Origin: Escherichia phage PHB12 | DNA length: 64,000 nt | Sequence record: MK524178.1 | Direction: 5' to 3' (one strand) | Shown: positions 20,675 to 31,010 of the stretch, one piece after another | How positions within the stretch are numbered: position 1 is the stretch's first letter | Layout of the letters: every line of letters starts with the position of its first letter | The notes under the pieces: model-generated | Told to the model about the DNA's origin: nothing | The model's database searches: none | The model's input: only the letters and a program-made list of their open reading frames with translations | Made by a program: the position numbers and the translations under genes

Positions 20675-21129
20675 AAAGAGTCTCTTAATAGGTTTAACAC
20701 ATCAATAAATTCAGCTTCGGTTAGTATTGTATCATCTTTTGTTAGGTGGCTGGCCATGCTGTGCTTCAAAATTTTTCCTTTAGAGGCTTGTAAGGCATCA
20801 CGAAACCCCTTGTTTTGGATCGCGGCTTCAAAATATGCATTTGTGTATAATTCTTTCCACGCTTCAGAGTATCTTGAAAATGGAACTCCTAACCAGAAGA
20901 GAGTTCCACGGTCCTGAGCTCTTGCATAAGACCTTCCAGCTTGCTGTGCAGCCAATCCAGACATCCCAAATATGCGTCTTTGCTGTTCAACATTTTTCAC
21001 CTTACATCCTTGGAGAAATCCTTCAAGTCCTCCGAATTGAATACCATCCATAACGAAAGGCCATTGAGCAAAGTTACTTAATGCACATGACGGCCATTTG
21101 AAATTGCTTCTTATTTCTAATTCAGACAT
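20671..21129 (-). CDS. NADAR (YbiA-like) domain protein (30.3 position)
   Basis: 152 aa from ATG (the track start at 21138 is GTG); LSNFAQWPFVMDG...EGFLQGCKV aligns with the YbiA FSNFAAWP...HYFQAQKF motif. Confidence 0.6.
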   Translation of the reverse strand: MSELEIRSNFKWPSCALSNFAQWPFVMDGIQFGGLEGFLQGCKVKNVEQQRRIFGMSGLAAQQAGRSYARAQDRGTLFWLGVPFSRYSEAWKELYTNAYFEAAIQNKGFRDALQASKGKILKHSMASHLTKDDTILTEAEFIDVLNLLRDSL

Positions 21130-21340
21130 CTTTAACACTTATAATTTCAACATCAGCCCAATGGCCGTATCCAGGTATACGGTCTTCGATAGATAAATTT
21201 CCATCATTTTTAGGCATTTTAATTGACGTAACGTATGGTTCTAAACGGTTTTCTGCATAATATGGAAAAACGTCTGTTACACGATAAGTAACTTCGATCA
21301 TTTCCGTACCTAATAATTTCTGAATCAATTTCTTAAGCAT
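21122..21340 (-). CDS. hypothetical protein (72 aa)
   Basis: ATG with SD GAGGA. Confidence 0.55.
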   Translation of the reverse strand: MLKKLIQKLLGTEMIEVTYRVTDVFPYYAENRLEPYVTSIKMPKNDGNLSIEDRIPGYGHWADVEIISVKDV

Positions 21341-21341
21341 A

Positions 21342-21536
21342 TTATCCTCGCTTTAAACATTTGATTACAGACAGTTCACCACCCATGCGAACGTCTTCAG
21401 TTCCATCGACCCATAAGACGGTGTAGGCTTCTTTAATAATAACATTACCTAATTTAAAAGCAGGTAGAACCTTTGAAATCATTCCAGGAATACCTACACC
21501 TTTTAACTGGACTGTTTGTGATAAGAATAGTTGCAT
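21342..21536 (-). CDS. hypothetical protein (64 aa)
   Basis: TAATG-coupled to the upstream ORF. Confidence 0.5.
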   Translation of the reverse strand: MQLFLSQTVQLKGVGIPGMISKVLPAFKLGNVIIKEAYTVLWVDGTEDVRMGGELSVIKCLKRG

Positions 21537-21823
21537 TAGAACCTCATCTGAAAGCCATGGGATTTAACATTACCACCATAGATGTCAGAGGTATTGACTT
21601 CACGGGCGACACTTGGGTCGATATTGATGTCACGGTTGAGCTTAGTGATTGCTAGGGTATCACGTCCATTAACAGTACGGAATTCTACCGGGCATACAAC
21701 ATCAGCATAAGCCTTAATAGATTCACGAGTAGGTTGTTTGTCGGCAGGAACATCTTTACCAGCTTTAGAGAAAACAACTTCACAGAAATTTTTACGAGTA
21801 TCAAAATAAGTGGTCATAAACAT
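21536..21823 (-). CDS. hypothetical protein (95 aa)
   Basis: Start set at ATG with SD GAGGA, downstream of a terminator hairpin that the longer track ORF would cross. Confidence 0.55.
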   Translation of the reverse strand: MFMTTYFDTRKNFCEVVFSKAGKDVPADKQPTRESIKAYADVVCPVEFRTVNGRDTLAITKLNRDINIDPSVAREVNTSDIYGGNVKSHGFQMRF

Positions 21824-21838
21824 AATATTTTCCTCAAA

Positions 21839-21854
21839 GGAGGCCGAAGCCTCC
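21839..21854 (-). terminator. hairpin terminator
   Basis: GGAGGC-TTCG-GCCTCC followed by TTTGAGG. Confidence 0.6.
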
Positions 21855-21864
21855 ATTTTTAAGA

Positions 21865-22230
21865 TTAGATATCAAATTCGTTAAGAACTACATCAAAGAT
21901 TGCTTCGAGATGTTCAGGTTTAGCTCGATTGCTCAGGATGTGACGAATCCAAGTTTTTACCAGAAGCTTACGATTAACACCGTTCCAGCAAGGATGGGTA
22001 CCTAAATTACGTTGACGGAAATCGTCATCTAATGCAATTTTGAAGTTGGAACCTTCCATCGTGATTGAAACCGTGATGCCATTTTCAAATCGCATATAAA
22101 CGTAATTAGGAGTCATATACTGCTCAATTTCGCATACTGAACCGTTATTATGCTTCCATAAGCAAATTGTATCGATAGAACCAGCAATACCGTTAGAAAC
22201 ATATTTACGTTCGAAGTTGATGTAGTTCAT
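21865..22230 (-). CDS. hypothetical early protein (121 aa)
   Basis: Preceded by an early promoter and SD GGAGAATAAA. Confidence 0.6.
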   Translation of the reverse strand: MNYINFERKYVSNGIAGSIDTICLWKHNNGSVCEIEQYMTPNYVYMRFENGITVSITMEGSNFKIALDDDFRQRNLGTHPCWNGVNRKLLVKTWIRHILSNRAKPEHLEAIFDVVLNEFDI

Positions 22231-22304
22231 TTTATTCTCCAGATGTTTAAGTTGTTTGTTGGTACAGGTCTATAATAACAAAACCTGTACCAAAGTAAAC
22301 ATTT

Positions 22305-22676
22305 TTATTTGATTTTTGTCCACTTAGCTGAATCAATAACACCTTTTGCTTTAATCTTCTCGATTAATGTCTCTGCGCGATTTCTGGCATTTTCGTACCA
22401 TACAACATCTTCAGAGTAACCAGTTTCTTCATCTTCGTAAGTTTTAGAACGAATACAACCATAAACTGTAGAATTCAGACGGTAAATTTCACCAGTGAAA
22501 AAGTTTTCGATTTCGATATGATAACAAAAATCGTCTGAAGGGCCATCAGGAGTTGTACAATAAACTACATCACCTTGAACCGAACGAACCATCCACTGTA
22601 ACTCGTTAACAACTTGAGATTTATATCCATCATGGTCACGGCATTTAATTGTAGCATTTAAATTGATAGTGTTCAT
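22305..22676 (-). CDS. hypothetical early protein (123 aa)
   Basis: Preceded by a near-identical promoter/SD module. Confidence 0.6.
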   Translation of the reverse strand: MNTINLNATIKCRDHDGYKSQVVNELQWMVRSVQGDVVYCTTPDGPSDDFCYHIEIENFFTGEIYRLNSTVYGCIRSKTYEDEETGYSEDVVWYENARNRAETLIEKIKAKGVIDSAKWTKIK

Positions 22677-22774
22677 TTTATTCTCCGGTTGTTTTATTGA
22701 TTAGGTAGTACAAGTCTATAGTAACACATCCTACAGGAGAGTAAACATCTTTTTAAACTTTTTCTGCCCTAAAC

Positions 22775-22800
22775 GCACAAAAGGGAGACCGAAGTCTCCC
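22775..22800 (-). terminator. hairpin terminator
   Basis: GGGAGAC-TTCG-GTCTCCC followed by TTTTG. Confidence 0.75.
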
Positions 22801-22805
22801 TAAAA

Positions 22806-22985
22806 TTATGCAACAACCTTTCCAAAACGAGAAGCATCATCTCGAAGAACTGCACGTGCTCTGCGCATGATCTTCTCAACTGTTTGATTAATACGAGAGT
22901 TCGACCCACGCTTGTATCCAGCGCGTTTAGAGGTACCATCAACTTTCTTTTCAACTGCTTTCTTTGCTTTAGCTTGTTTTGCCAT
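22806..22985 (-). CDS. small basic protein (59 aa), not in supplied ORF track
   Basis: MAKQAKAKKAVEKK...; ends just before the terminator hairpin, unlike the overlapping 61-aa track ORF. Confidence 0.5.
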   Translation of the reverse strand: MAKQAKAKKAVEKKVDGTSKRAGYKRGSNSRINQTVEKIMRRARAVLRDDASRFGKVVA

Positions 22986-23249
22986 TATAAATTCTCTTTA
23001 AATGAAAATGCAGGACTTATTGACATTGCCTGCGCAAGCCCTCAAGGGGAACATAGGTTTCGGATATTTAACGACAGGATAACTATAAACCTCGTCATCA
23101 TACCGACCACGACTTAGACAGATAACCTTTTTCTGACGCGTGATAGTACAAAATACATTCAAGAGGTACACCGTAAAATTGTTGGGGTCTTAAAACTATA
23201 ATGATTCGCAAATCATTAATCAGACAATTCGACGGCTCCTCGATTTAAC

Positions 23250-23498
23250 TTACTTAAGGGTAATAACAAAATGACGAACTGCTTTACGTGCGGCAGAAGC
23301 CAGAGGCTTAGCATATTTCAATTCATCTTTAGCTTCCAGTTCAGCGGCCAAAGAAGCCTGAGCAGGATTCAGATGTTTGAAATAACGCAGGATTTCAAGA
23401 GCTTCGGCTTCAACATCAATGGATGCACCATAGTTTTCATGACCGTTATTCCATGCGTTGCGTTGCAGTTCAAGAGCGTGTTGTAATTGTTTAATCAT
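23250..23498 (-). CDS. rIII: rIII lysis-inhibition accessory protein (probable)
   Basis: 82 aa, immediately downstream of gene 31 as in T4; late promoter upstream. Confidence 0.75.
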   Translation of the reverse strand: MIKQLQHALELQRNAWNNGHENYGASIDVEAEALEILRYFKHLNPAQASLAAELEAKDELKYAKPLASAARKAVRHFVITLK

Positions 23499-23614
23499 TT
23501 TAAAGTCTCAATTCGAGATAATATTTAGTAGCCACGTTCGTCTGAATTTCACCTTCTTTCGACAAGTCTCTCAGTTGTAGGCTACCGCTTAGAAGAGTGT
23601 TCTCTTCATATAGT

Positions 23615-23622
23615 TATTTATA
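23615..23622 (-). promoter_or_regulatory. late promoter (TATAAATA, minus strand) upstream of rIII
   Basis: Exact match immediately after the gene 31 stop. Confidence 0.6.
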
Positions 23623-23955
23623 TCACTTATAAAGGCACGGAATAGCTTTATAGTGGCATGTTACGAATTTCTGTTTAATTTCTTTAGGTTGTTTAAGACC
23701 TAAAGCCACAAATGGATGCGGAACATTTCGAATTTGTCCAACTGGTAGTGGAGTCAAATCACCGACTTCAACAAAACCTTCAGGAACATCAGGACCTACA
23801 GAATGAACTACACATAGTTCAGGAACTTCACCTTGAACACGTTTACCAATCACAAGTCCTGATTCGGTAACTTCTTCATCACCTGCTTGAGCTGGTTCAG
23901 AAACCAGAATGACATATTCACCAACAGCACGAATTGGGAGTTGTACTTCAGACAT
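23623..23955 (-). CDS. 31: co-chaperonin gp31 (GroES-like)
   Basis: 110 aa; matches T4 gp31 length and position. Confidence 0.92.
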   Translation of the reverse strand: MSEVQLPIRAVGEYVILVSEPAQAGDEEVTESGLVIGKRVQGEVPELCVVHSVGPDVPEGFVEVGDLTPLPVGQIRNVPHPFVALGLKQPKEIKQKFVTCHYKAIPCLYK

Positions 23956-23985
23956 CTTATTTCCTTGTTGTTTGACGATAGATTA

Positions 23986-24010
23986 ATAATACCATACTAT
24001 TCGTAAAGCA
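23986..24010 (-). promoter_or_regulatory. MotA-dependent middle promoter for gene 31
   Basis: Minus strand tATGCTTTA - 12 nt - TATTAT. Confidence 0.6.
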
Positions 24011-24012
24011 TA

Positions 24013-24321
24013 TTACATAAGAAGCAAACGTTCTACCGGAGTACCATCAACTGAAATTACTTTATCAAGGCGGAAAGAACGCCACTGACCTAACTTGGTG
24101 TCGAATGCTCGAACTGATTCACGAGGTTCATAACGAACTTCTGTTGCCGGATTGTTATTTTCATATTTGACTTCAAGTTCATCGCGCGAAGCAAACATAG
24201 TGCGTACCTCGCCGTTAGCCTTTTCAAATACAACACAATGAACGCCTACAGACAGAATAGTTTTAATACGTTCACGAAGAACCATAGTTTCTTGTTCAGT
24301 TAAAATCATATTATTCACCAC
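24013..24321 (-). CDS. hypothetical protein (102 aa), 31.1 position
   Basis: ORF between cd and gene 31. Confidence 0.65.
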   Translation of the reverse strand: MVNNMILTEQETMVLRERIKTILSVGVHCVVFEKANGEVRTMFASRDELEVKYENNNPATEVRYEPRESVRAFDTKLGQWRSFRLDKVISVDGTPVERLLLM

Positions 24322-24892
24322 AAAAGTTTCGGATTTGTTCCCAATTCAGAGAACGAAGATTATTGCGAGAGTACTGAATTACTTCAATACCGGCTTGTTT
24401 TAGAATGTCTGCCCAATTTTCAGGAGATCGATCATATAATTCTGCGTATACAACCTTTTTAATACCTGACTGCGTAATAGCTTTAGTGCAATCAGGACAT
24501 GGAGAAAGTGTCGTATATAATGTAGCACCTTCAATAGAATTACCTTTACGAGCTGCAAACAAAATTGCATTCAATTCTGCATGGATTTCGTTATTAGCAG
24601 ACCATGCACTATGAGCCGCTCGATGTTCTTTAGCCAAAACAAAATTATCTGCCCGTCCAAATGCTGTAGTGCCTTCTTTATGGCCAGCAACGATGACCGG
24701 GCTTGGTTTATTCTTCAACCAACCATTTTCAGATGCATGTTCACAACAGTTAACGCCACCGGCCGGTGAACCATTATATCCAGTAGAGATAATGCGTCCA
24801 TCTTTTTCAATGACGGCACCAACTTTCCATGAACAACATTTTGATTCTTGAGAAATCAAATAAGCAATTTGAAGATATGTGCTAGCTTTCAT
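24311..24892 (-). CDS. cd: dCMP deaminase
   Basis: 193 aa; zinc-binding HAELNA and SPCPDC motifs; matches T4 Cd. Confidence 0.94.
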   Translation of the reverse strand: MKASTYLQIAYLISQESKCCSWKVGAVIEKDGRIISTGYNGSPAGGVNCCEHASENGWLKNKPSPVIVAGHKEGTTAFGRADNFVLAKEHRAAHSAWSANNEIHAELNAILFAARKGNSIEGATLYTTLSPCPDCTKAITQSGIKKVVYAELYDRSPENWADILKQAGIEVIQYSRNNLRSLNWEQIRNFCGE

Positions 24893-25884
24893 TATTGAAC
24901 CTTATTAATATAAGTTAACAGCTCTTTAGTTTGTTCCCAACTGATGCACGCATCGGTAATGGAAACGCCATAGGACATATTATCAGAAATTTTTTGATTT
25001 CCTTCATGTAGGAATGATTCTATCATAATTCCTTTGACCAAATCATTAGCTGCTAAATTTTTACCAATACCAATTTGATTGCTATAATACCCATCAGCGT
25101 TTGCATGGCTACAGTCAACCATTACATAATGATTCAGACCTAATGCACTTGCTTTGTTAGAAGCTTCTTGAATATCAGAAGAATGATAGTTCGGGCCGTT
25201 AGTCCCGCCACGCAATACGATATGCGTATTCTGATTACCTTCAGCTTCAACAATGCCTACAGTACCATCGACATCCATACCCATATACCGATGAGGCCAG
25301 GCGGCACTATACATCGCGTCTGTAGCTACTTTAATAGAACCATTGGTTGCGTTCTTGAAGCCTACGCACATCGGTAGACCTGAAGCAATTTCACGATGTG
25401 TCTGACTTTCAGTCGTACGGGCGCCAATAGCAACCCATGAGAAAATACCAGAAAGATACTTAATCGTGAATGGGTCTAATACTTCAGTTGCTAATGGAAG
25501 TCCCATACGTAGAAGTTTACGACACAATGTTCGTGCAACTATAAGACCGTGGTTCATATCAAAACTTCCGTCAAGATATGGATCATTTACAAGACCTTTC
25601 CAACCTACGGTAGTTCGAGGCTTTTCAAAATAAACGCGCATCACTAACAGAACATTAGGAAGACGAGTTTGAAGTTCAGCCAGACGTTTGCCGTATTCAA
25701 CAGCAGCAATAGGGTCATGAATTGAACAAGGACCTACAACAATAAGTTTGCGTGGGTCTTCACCGTTCATAATCGAATTAACTTGTTCGCGATGAGAAGC
25801 CACTTGTGATGCGTAAGCTTCTGACAAAGGAATAATCTCAGCCAGTTCTTTTGGAGAAATAAGTTTTCTGACGACAGGTAACAT
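24892..25884 (-). CDS. 3-deoxy-7-phosphoheptulonate (DAHP) synthase, class I (AroF/G/H-like)
   Basis: 330 aa; VVGPCSIHDP, MRVYFEKPRTTVGWKGL, AIGARTTESQTHRE; SD TAAGGA; stop overlaps the cd start. Confidence 0.88.
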   Translation of the reverse strand: MLPVVRKLISPKELAEIIPLSEAYASQVASHREQVNSIMNGEDPRKLIVVGPCSIHDPIAAVEYGKRLAELQTRLPNVLLVMRVYFEKPRTTVGWKGLVNDPYLDGSFDMNHGLIVARTLCRKLLRMGLPLATEVLDPFTIKYLSGIFSWVAIGARTTESQTHREIASGLPMCVGFKNATNGSIKVATDAMYSAAWPHRYMGMDVDGTVGIVEAEGNQNTHIVLRGGTNGPNYHSSDIQEASNKASALGLNHYVMVDCSHANADGYYSNQIGIGKNLAANDLVKGIMIESFLHEGNQKISDNMSYGVSITDACISWEQTKELLTYINKVQ

Positions 25885-26004
25885 AACAATCCTTAGGAGA
25901 TATAAAAAGATTCTGATTCAACAATACCTTTAACCGGATTAGACAGGCTAAGTTGGTAGTGCTCAGATTTATGACCATTCTCGATAGTAATGAGATAGCT
26001 CTCA

Positions 26005-26241
26005 TTATAGTGTTCCATATACTCGAGTTGCTTCAACAAGACCATCACTGCCTAATTTAAGATTAGTAATTTGGTCACCATCTTTAGGATTAACGATTAT
26101 GAGAAAAGAACGTGGAGATTCTTGAATAACTCGTAATGTTGCATCCTGGAAACGTTCAGACACTTTATTGATGAGTGCTTGAGCGAATTCTTTTACTTTA
26201 ATCTGAAATTCGTGTACTGTAATTGGATTTTCACTTAGCAT
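26005..26241 (-). CDS. hypothetical protein (78 aa)
   Basis: ORF preceded by an early promoter (GTTTAC...TACGAT) and SD GAGGA. Confidence 0.55.
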   Translation of the reverse strand: MLSENPITVHEFQIKVKEFAQALINKVSERFQDATLRVIQESPRSFLIIVNPKDGDQITNLKLGSDGLVEATRVYGTL

Positions 26242-26298
26242 TTCGATTTCCTCATTTTGGTTAGAGACATCGTATCACAACTCTACTGTGTTGTAAAC

Positions 26299-26574
26299 TT
26301 AAATTGCAAAACATTTAATTTCTTGTGAATCGAAATCAACTTCACATTGAATTACTAGATCAGCGTCAAGTCCAAACACAACAATCACATGAGCCGAGCT
26401 TGGCAACAGTGTAACAGACACAGAATCCACTTGGTCGGGCACCAGCGTATTCAAAACGTAGAGTAGTTCAGAGTGAATCTTAAGCTCGGTGGCCGTATCC
26501 GGCTTATCAAAGAAATGATTTGCGATAATCTGGCTAAAAACGACCTTTACAATTTCAGAATATTTAGGGAACAT
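26299..26574 (-). CDS. hypothetical protein (91 aa)
   Basis: ORF in cd-pseT interval. Confidence 0.55.
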   Translation of the reverse strand: MFPKYSEIVKVVFSQIIANHFFDKPDTATELKIHSELLYVLNTLVPDQVDSVSVTLLPSSAHVIVVFGLDADLVIQCEVDFDSQEIKCFAI

Positions 26575-26581
26575 AATTACC

Positions 26582-26806
26582 TCAGTGTACAGTATTTACT
26601 TTAACTCGAACAACAAATTGCTCGGTCGGTTCGCCTACAGGAACAAACTCTACATGATATTCGCCTTTGTAACGAGTATTCAAGTCGTTACGAATTTCAG
26701 TAAGCTTGTTGATTAATGTAGAACTCATATTAAGTCCCACTAGTTTACGAAGCATTTTGTATGCTTCATCTTCGATTTCATGATGTTTATCGTACATAGT
26801 TTTCAT
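26582..26806 (-). CDS. hypothetical protein (74 aa)
   Basis: ORF in cd-pseT interval. Confidence 0.5.
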   Translation of the reverse strand: MKTMYDKHHEIEDEAYKMLRKLVGLNMSSTLINKLTEIRNDLNTRYKGEYHVEFVPVGEPTEQFVVRVKVNTVH

Positions 26807-26977
26807 TTAACCATTCAATTGCCTGGTCGACGTTATCAAATATACTGCCGTCCAAACGTTCTTCATGCTCATAGTCCAGCACATCAATACCGAACTGTCC
26901 ATTTACTAAAGGCCAGGCTACAAACAAATATTCTTTATGCTGTTCGATGGCCTCAATCACTTCATATAATCGTTTCA

Positions 26978-26978
<1 letters not shown>
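26787..26978 (-). CDS. hypothetical protein (63 aa)
   Basis: ORF immediately downstream of pseT. Confidence 0.5.
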
Positions 26979-28064
<1,086 letters not shown>

Positions 28065-28065
<1 letters not shown>

Positions 28066-28364
28066 TATTTTATTCCTAAGAAAGTTTCAAGAATACGAAT
28101 GTTATGCTCGCGCCGGTCTTTATTAATTTCAGCAACGTTTTTATTAATTGACGTACTTCTAACGTTTGAAGAAATAAATTTAATCATATGACTTTTGAGT
28201 TGTTGCAAATCCAGCCCTTTTTCTTTAGCAGCTTTACGAAGAGCTTTACCTGCTTTATCTAGTGCCTTTGCTGCATCTTTGTCATAATTGACAAGTGACA
28301 TTCCGTGGCAGATATCAATATACTCATCAGATCGTTTGATGTAAGTCTCTAGTAATGTTTTCAT
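28065..28364 (-). CDS. hypothetical protein (99 aa)
   Basis: ORF with an early promoter upstream. Confidence 0.55.
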
Positions 28365-28392
28365 TTAGATTTCCTCAATTATCCATAGGAGC

Positions 28393-28422
28393 ATTATACT
28401 CTGCTCCCGAGAGTTTGTAAAC
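28393..28422 (-). promoter_or_regulatory. early promoter inside a stem-loop
   Basis: Minus strand GTTTAC - 18 nt - TATAAT; -10 flanked by inverted repeat GGAGCA/TGCTCC. Confidence 0.65.
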
Positions 28423-28646
28423 TATTTTACTAAAGATTCGATATACTCATGAAGAGCTTTAGTTGCTACTGCCCACTTATTCTGATATTCATTTTTCAGA
28501 TTAGCACGAGACTGAACTAACAAGCGGTCATTAGTCGGAGGCAAAGATTCTAATCGTTGAATCTGACGGCCATAAATCATAGCCGCCATTTCAGAGTCAT
28601 AGATAAGTCCTTTAAGGTATTCATGCTGTTCTTTAGTCATTGACAT
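28422..28646 (-). CDS. hypothetical protein (74 aa)
   Basis: ORF upstream of the spanin pair. Confidence 0.55.
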   Translation of the reverse strand: MSMTKEQHEYLKGLIYDSEMAAMIYGRQIQRLESLPPTNDRLLVQSRANLKNEYQNKWAVATKALHEYIESLVK

Positions 28647-28927
28647 TTTTCCTCTTTTAAACCACTACGATAATAACATATCATAGTCTTCTGGTCATGT
28701 ACATATCTTTTTACGTCGTTTAACCAGATACGAAATTCTTGAGAGTCTTCAAACGGCATTCCAACCCACGGATTACCATCAATAACCTTTACTTGCCATT
28801 TCTGGTTATATTCACCAATAGATTCAGGCCATGGCGGATGTAAAGTTTCTTTAGGGCTTAAGGGCACATCCTGGGCACATCCGGTTAAAATGCCAATAGA
28901 TAATACAACTGCGGTTAATTTAATCAT
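28637..28927 (-). CDS. o-spanin (outer-membrane lipoprotein, Rz1-like; PseT.2 position)
   Basis: 96 aa; signal peptide with lipobox ILTGC, Pro-rich mature part, C-terminal Cys. Confidence 0.7.
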   Translation of the reverse strand: MIKLTAVVLSIGILTGCAQDVPLSPKETLHPPWPESIGEYNQKWQVKVIDGNPWVGMPFEDSQEFRIWLNDVKRYVHDQKTMICYYRSGLKEEKCQ

Positions 28928-29280
28928 TCTGAGAGCTTCCTGAGGTCTTCTGCAAAGGAATCGAAGGACCTGTTGATTTGTTTTTCGACCAATCCTGGTT
29001 TACTTGCCACCACGTTCTTCTTCTTCGAATCCTTACGGAGCTTTTCATTTTCGGCCTTAAGTTGGTCAACTAAAACACGGTTCTTATAAGTCATTTCTTC
29101 GATTGACTGATATTGAACCTTGAAGTCGTCTAATACTTTAGCATTGTTTTTAGCGGTCTCTTTGACAGAAGCTAATTCAGTATTCAACGAATCAACTTTG
29201 TTGTTTAAGACAACTATTGTTACCGTAGAAACTAGAGCAAAAGCCGCTACTATAGCATAAATCGGATTTACTTTAAGCAT
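28924..29280 (-). CDS. i-spanin (inner-membrane, Rz-like; PseT.3 position)
   Basis: 118 aa; N-terminal TM helix then coiled-coil; 4-nt overlap with the o-spanin gene. Confidence 0.7.
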   Translation of the reverse strand: MLKVNPIYAIVAAFALVSTVTIVVLNNKVDSLNTELASVKETAKNNAKVLDDFKVQYQSIEEMTYKNRVLVDQLKAENEKLRKDSKKKNVVASKPGLVEKQINRSFDSFAEDLRKLSE

Positions 29281-29768
29281 GTTTTAATAATCTCAATGAT
29301 TTCATCTCGGGATAATCCATTGATAAGAACGGTTTTAGGACCATCACACTGGATTTTGTACGATTCAAACAATACACACAACTCTTCTGCTGTATGATAC
29401 GGACTTGAAATTCCGAGGCGGTTGAATTTGTCGGTAAGAGGGTCGCAAATAATGTAGAATTTTATACCTGCGATATGTACGTTTGGTTGACTAATATTAA
29501 TGAACACATTAGCGTCATATTTAGTCAAATTGTTTTGAAGAAATTCTACCATGGCATTAACTGCTTCTGGCATCGCTTCACGTTTCTCTTCAGCGTAACG
29601 TGTTGAATATTCCTTTTGCTTTAACTTCTTTTTAAGATTTTTGGCCAGTGTAACACGTAGGTCAGTAAGATAACCAACTGGACGTCCTTTCTTAAAGACT
29701 CGGATTCCATCTGTAGAATCACCAAATGCTGCCACAACCATATCGTTAGTAATCAATTGCATATTCAT
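29268..29768 (-). CDS. alc: Alc (transcription terminator on C-containing DNA), probable
   Basis: 166 aa from internal ATG with SD GAGGAG; position between rnlA and the spanins as in T4. Confidence 0.75.
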   Translation of the reverse strand: MNMQLITNDMVVAAFGDSTDGIRVFKKGRPVGYLTDLRVTLAKNLKKKLKQKEYSTRYAEEKREAMPEAVNAMVEFLQNNLTKYDANVFINISQPNVHIAGIKFYIICDPLTDKFNRLGISSPYHTAEELCVLFESYKIQCDGPKTVLINGLSRDEIIEIIKTCLK

Positions 29769-29798
29769 AATTTTCTCCTCGTGATGTTGATAAAAGCT

Positions 29799-29828
29799 AT
29801 AGTAACACCATCCTTGGTGTTTGTAAAC
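29799..29828 (-). promoter_or_regulatory. early promoter upstream of alc
   Basis: Minus strand GTTTAC - 18 nt - TACTAT. Confidence 0.55.
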
Positions 29829-29830
29829 CA

Positions 29831-30964
<1,134 letters not shown>

Positions 30965-30980
30965 TCAGTTAGTTTTTTAA

Positions 30981-31010
30981 ATTGTACCACAATCCTTGTG
31001 GCGTGTAAAC
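30981..31010 (-). promoter_or_regulatory. early promoter upstream of rnlA with palindromic spacer
   Basis: Minus strand GTTTAC - 18 nt - TACAAT; spacer contains CCACAAGGATTGTGG. Confidence 0.6.

Noticed and set aside
22769-22954. 61-aa minus-strand track ORF
   Set aside because: Runs through the terminator hairpin at 22775..22800 and overlaps a better-supported 59-aa frame that ends before it
22884-23117. 77-aa plus-strand ORF crossing the rIII spacer
   Set aside because: Starts antisense within the 59-aa gene, hydrophobic low-complexity product, no translation signals
25893-26018. 41-aa minus-strand ORF just upstream of the DAHP synthase gene
   Set aside because: Weak SD and 14-nt overlap with the upstream 78-aa ORF; too little evidence to call, though possible
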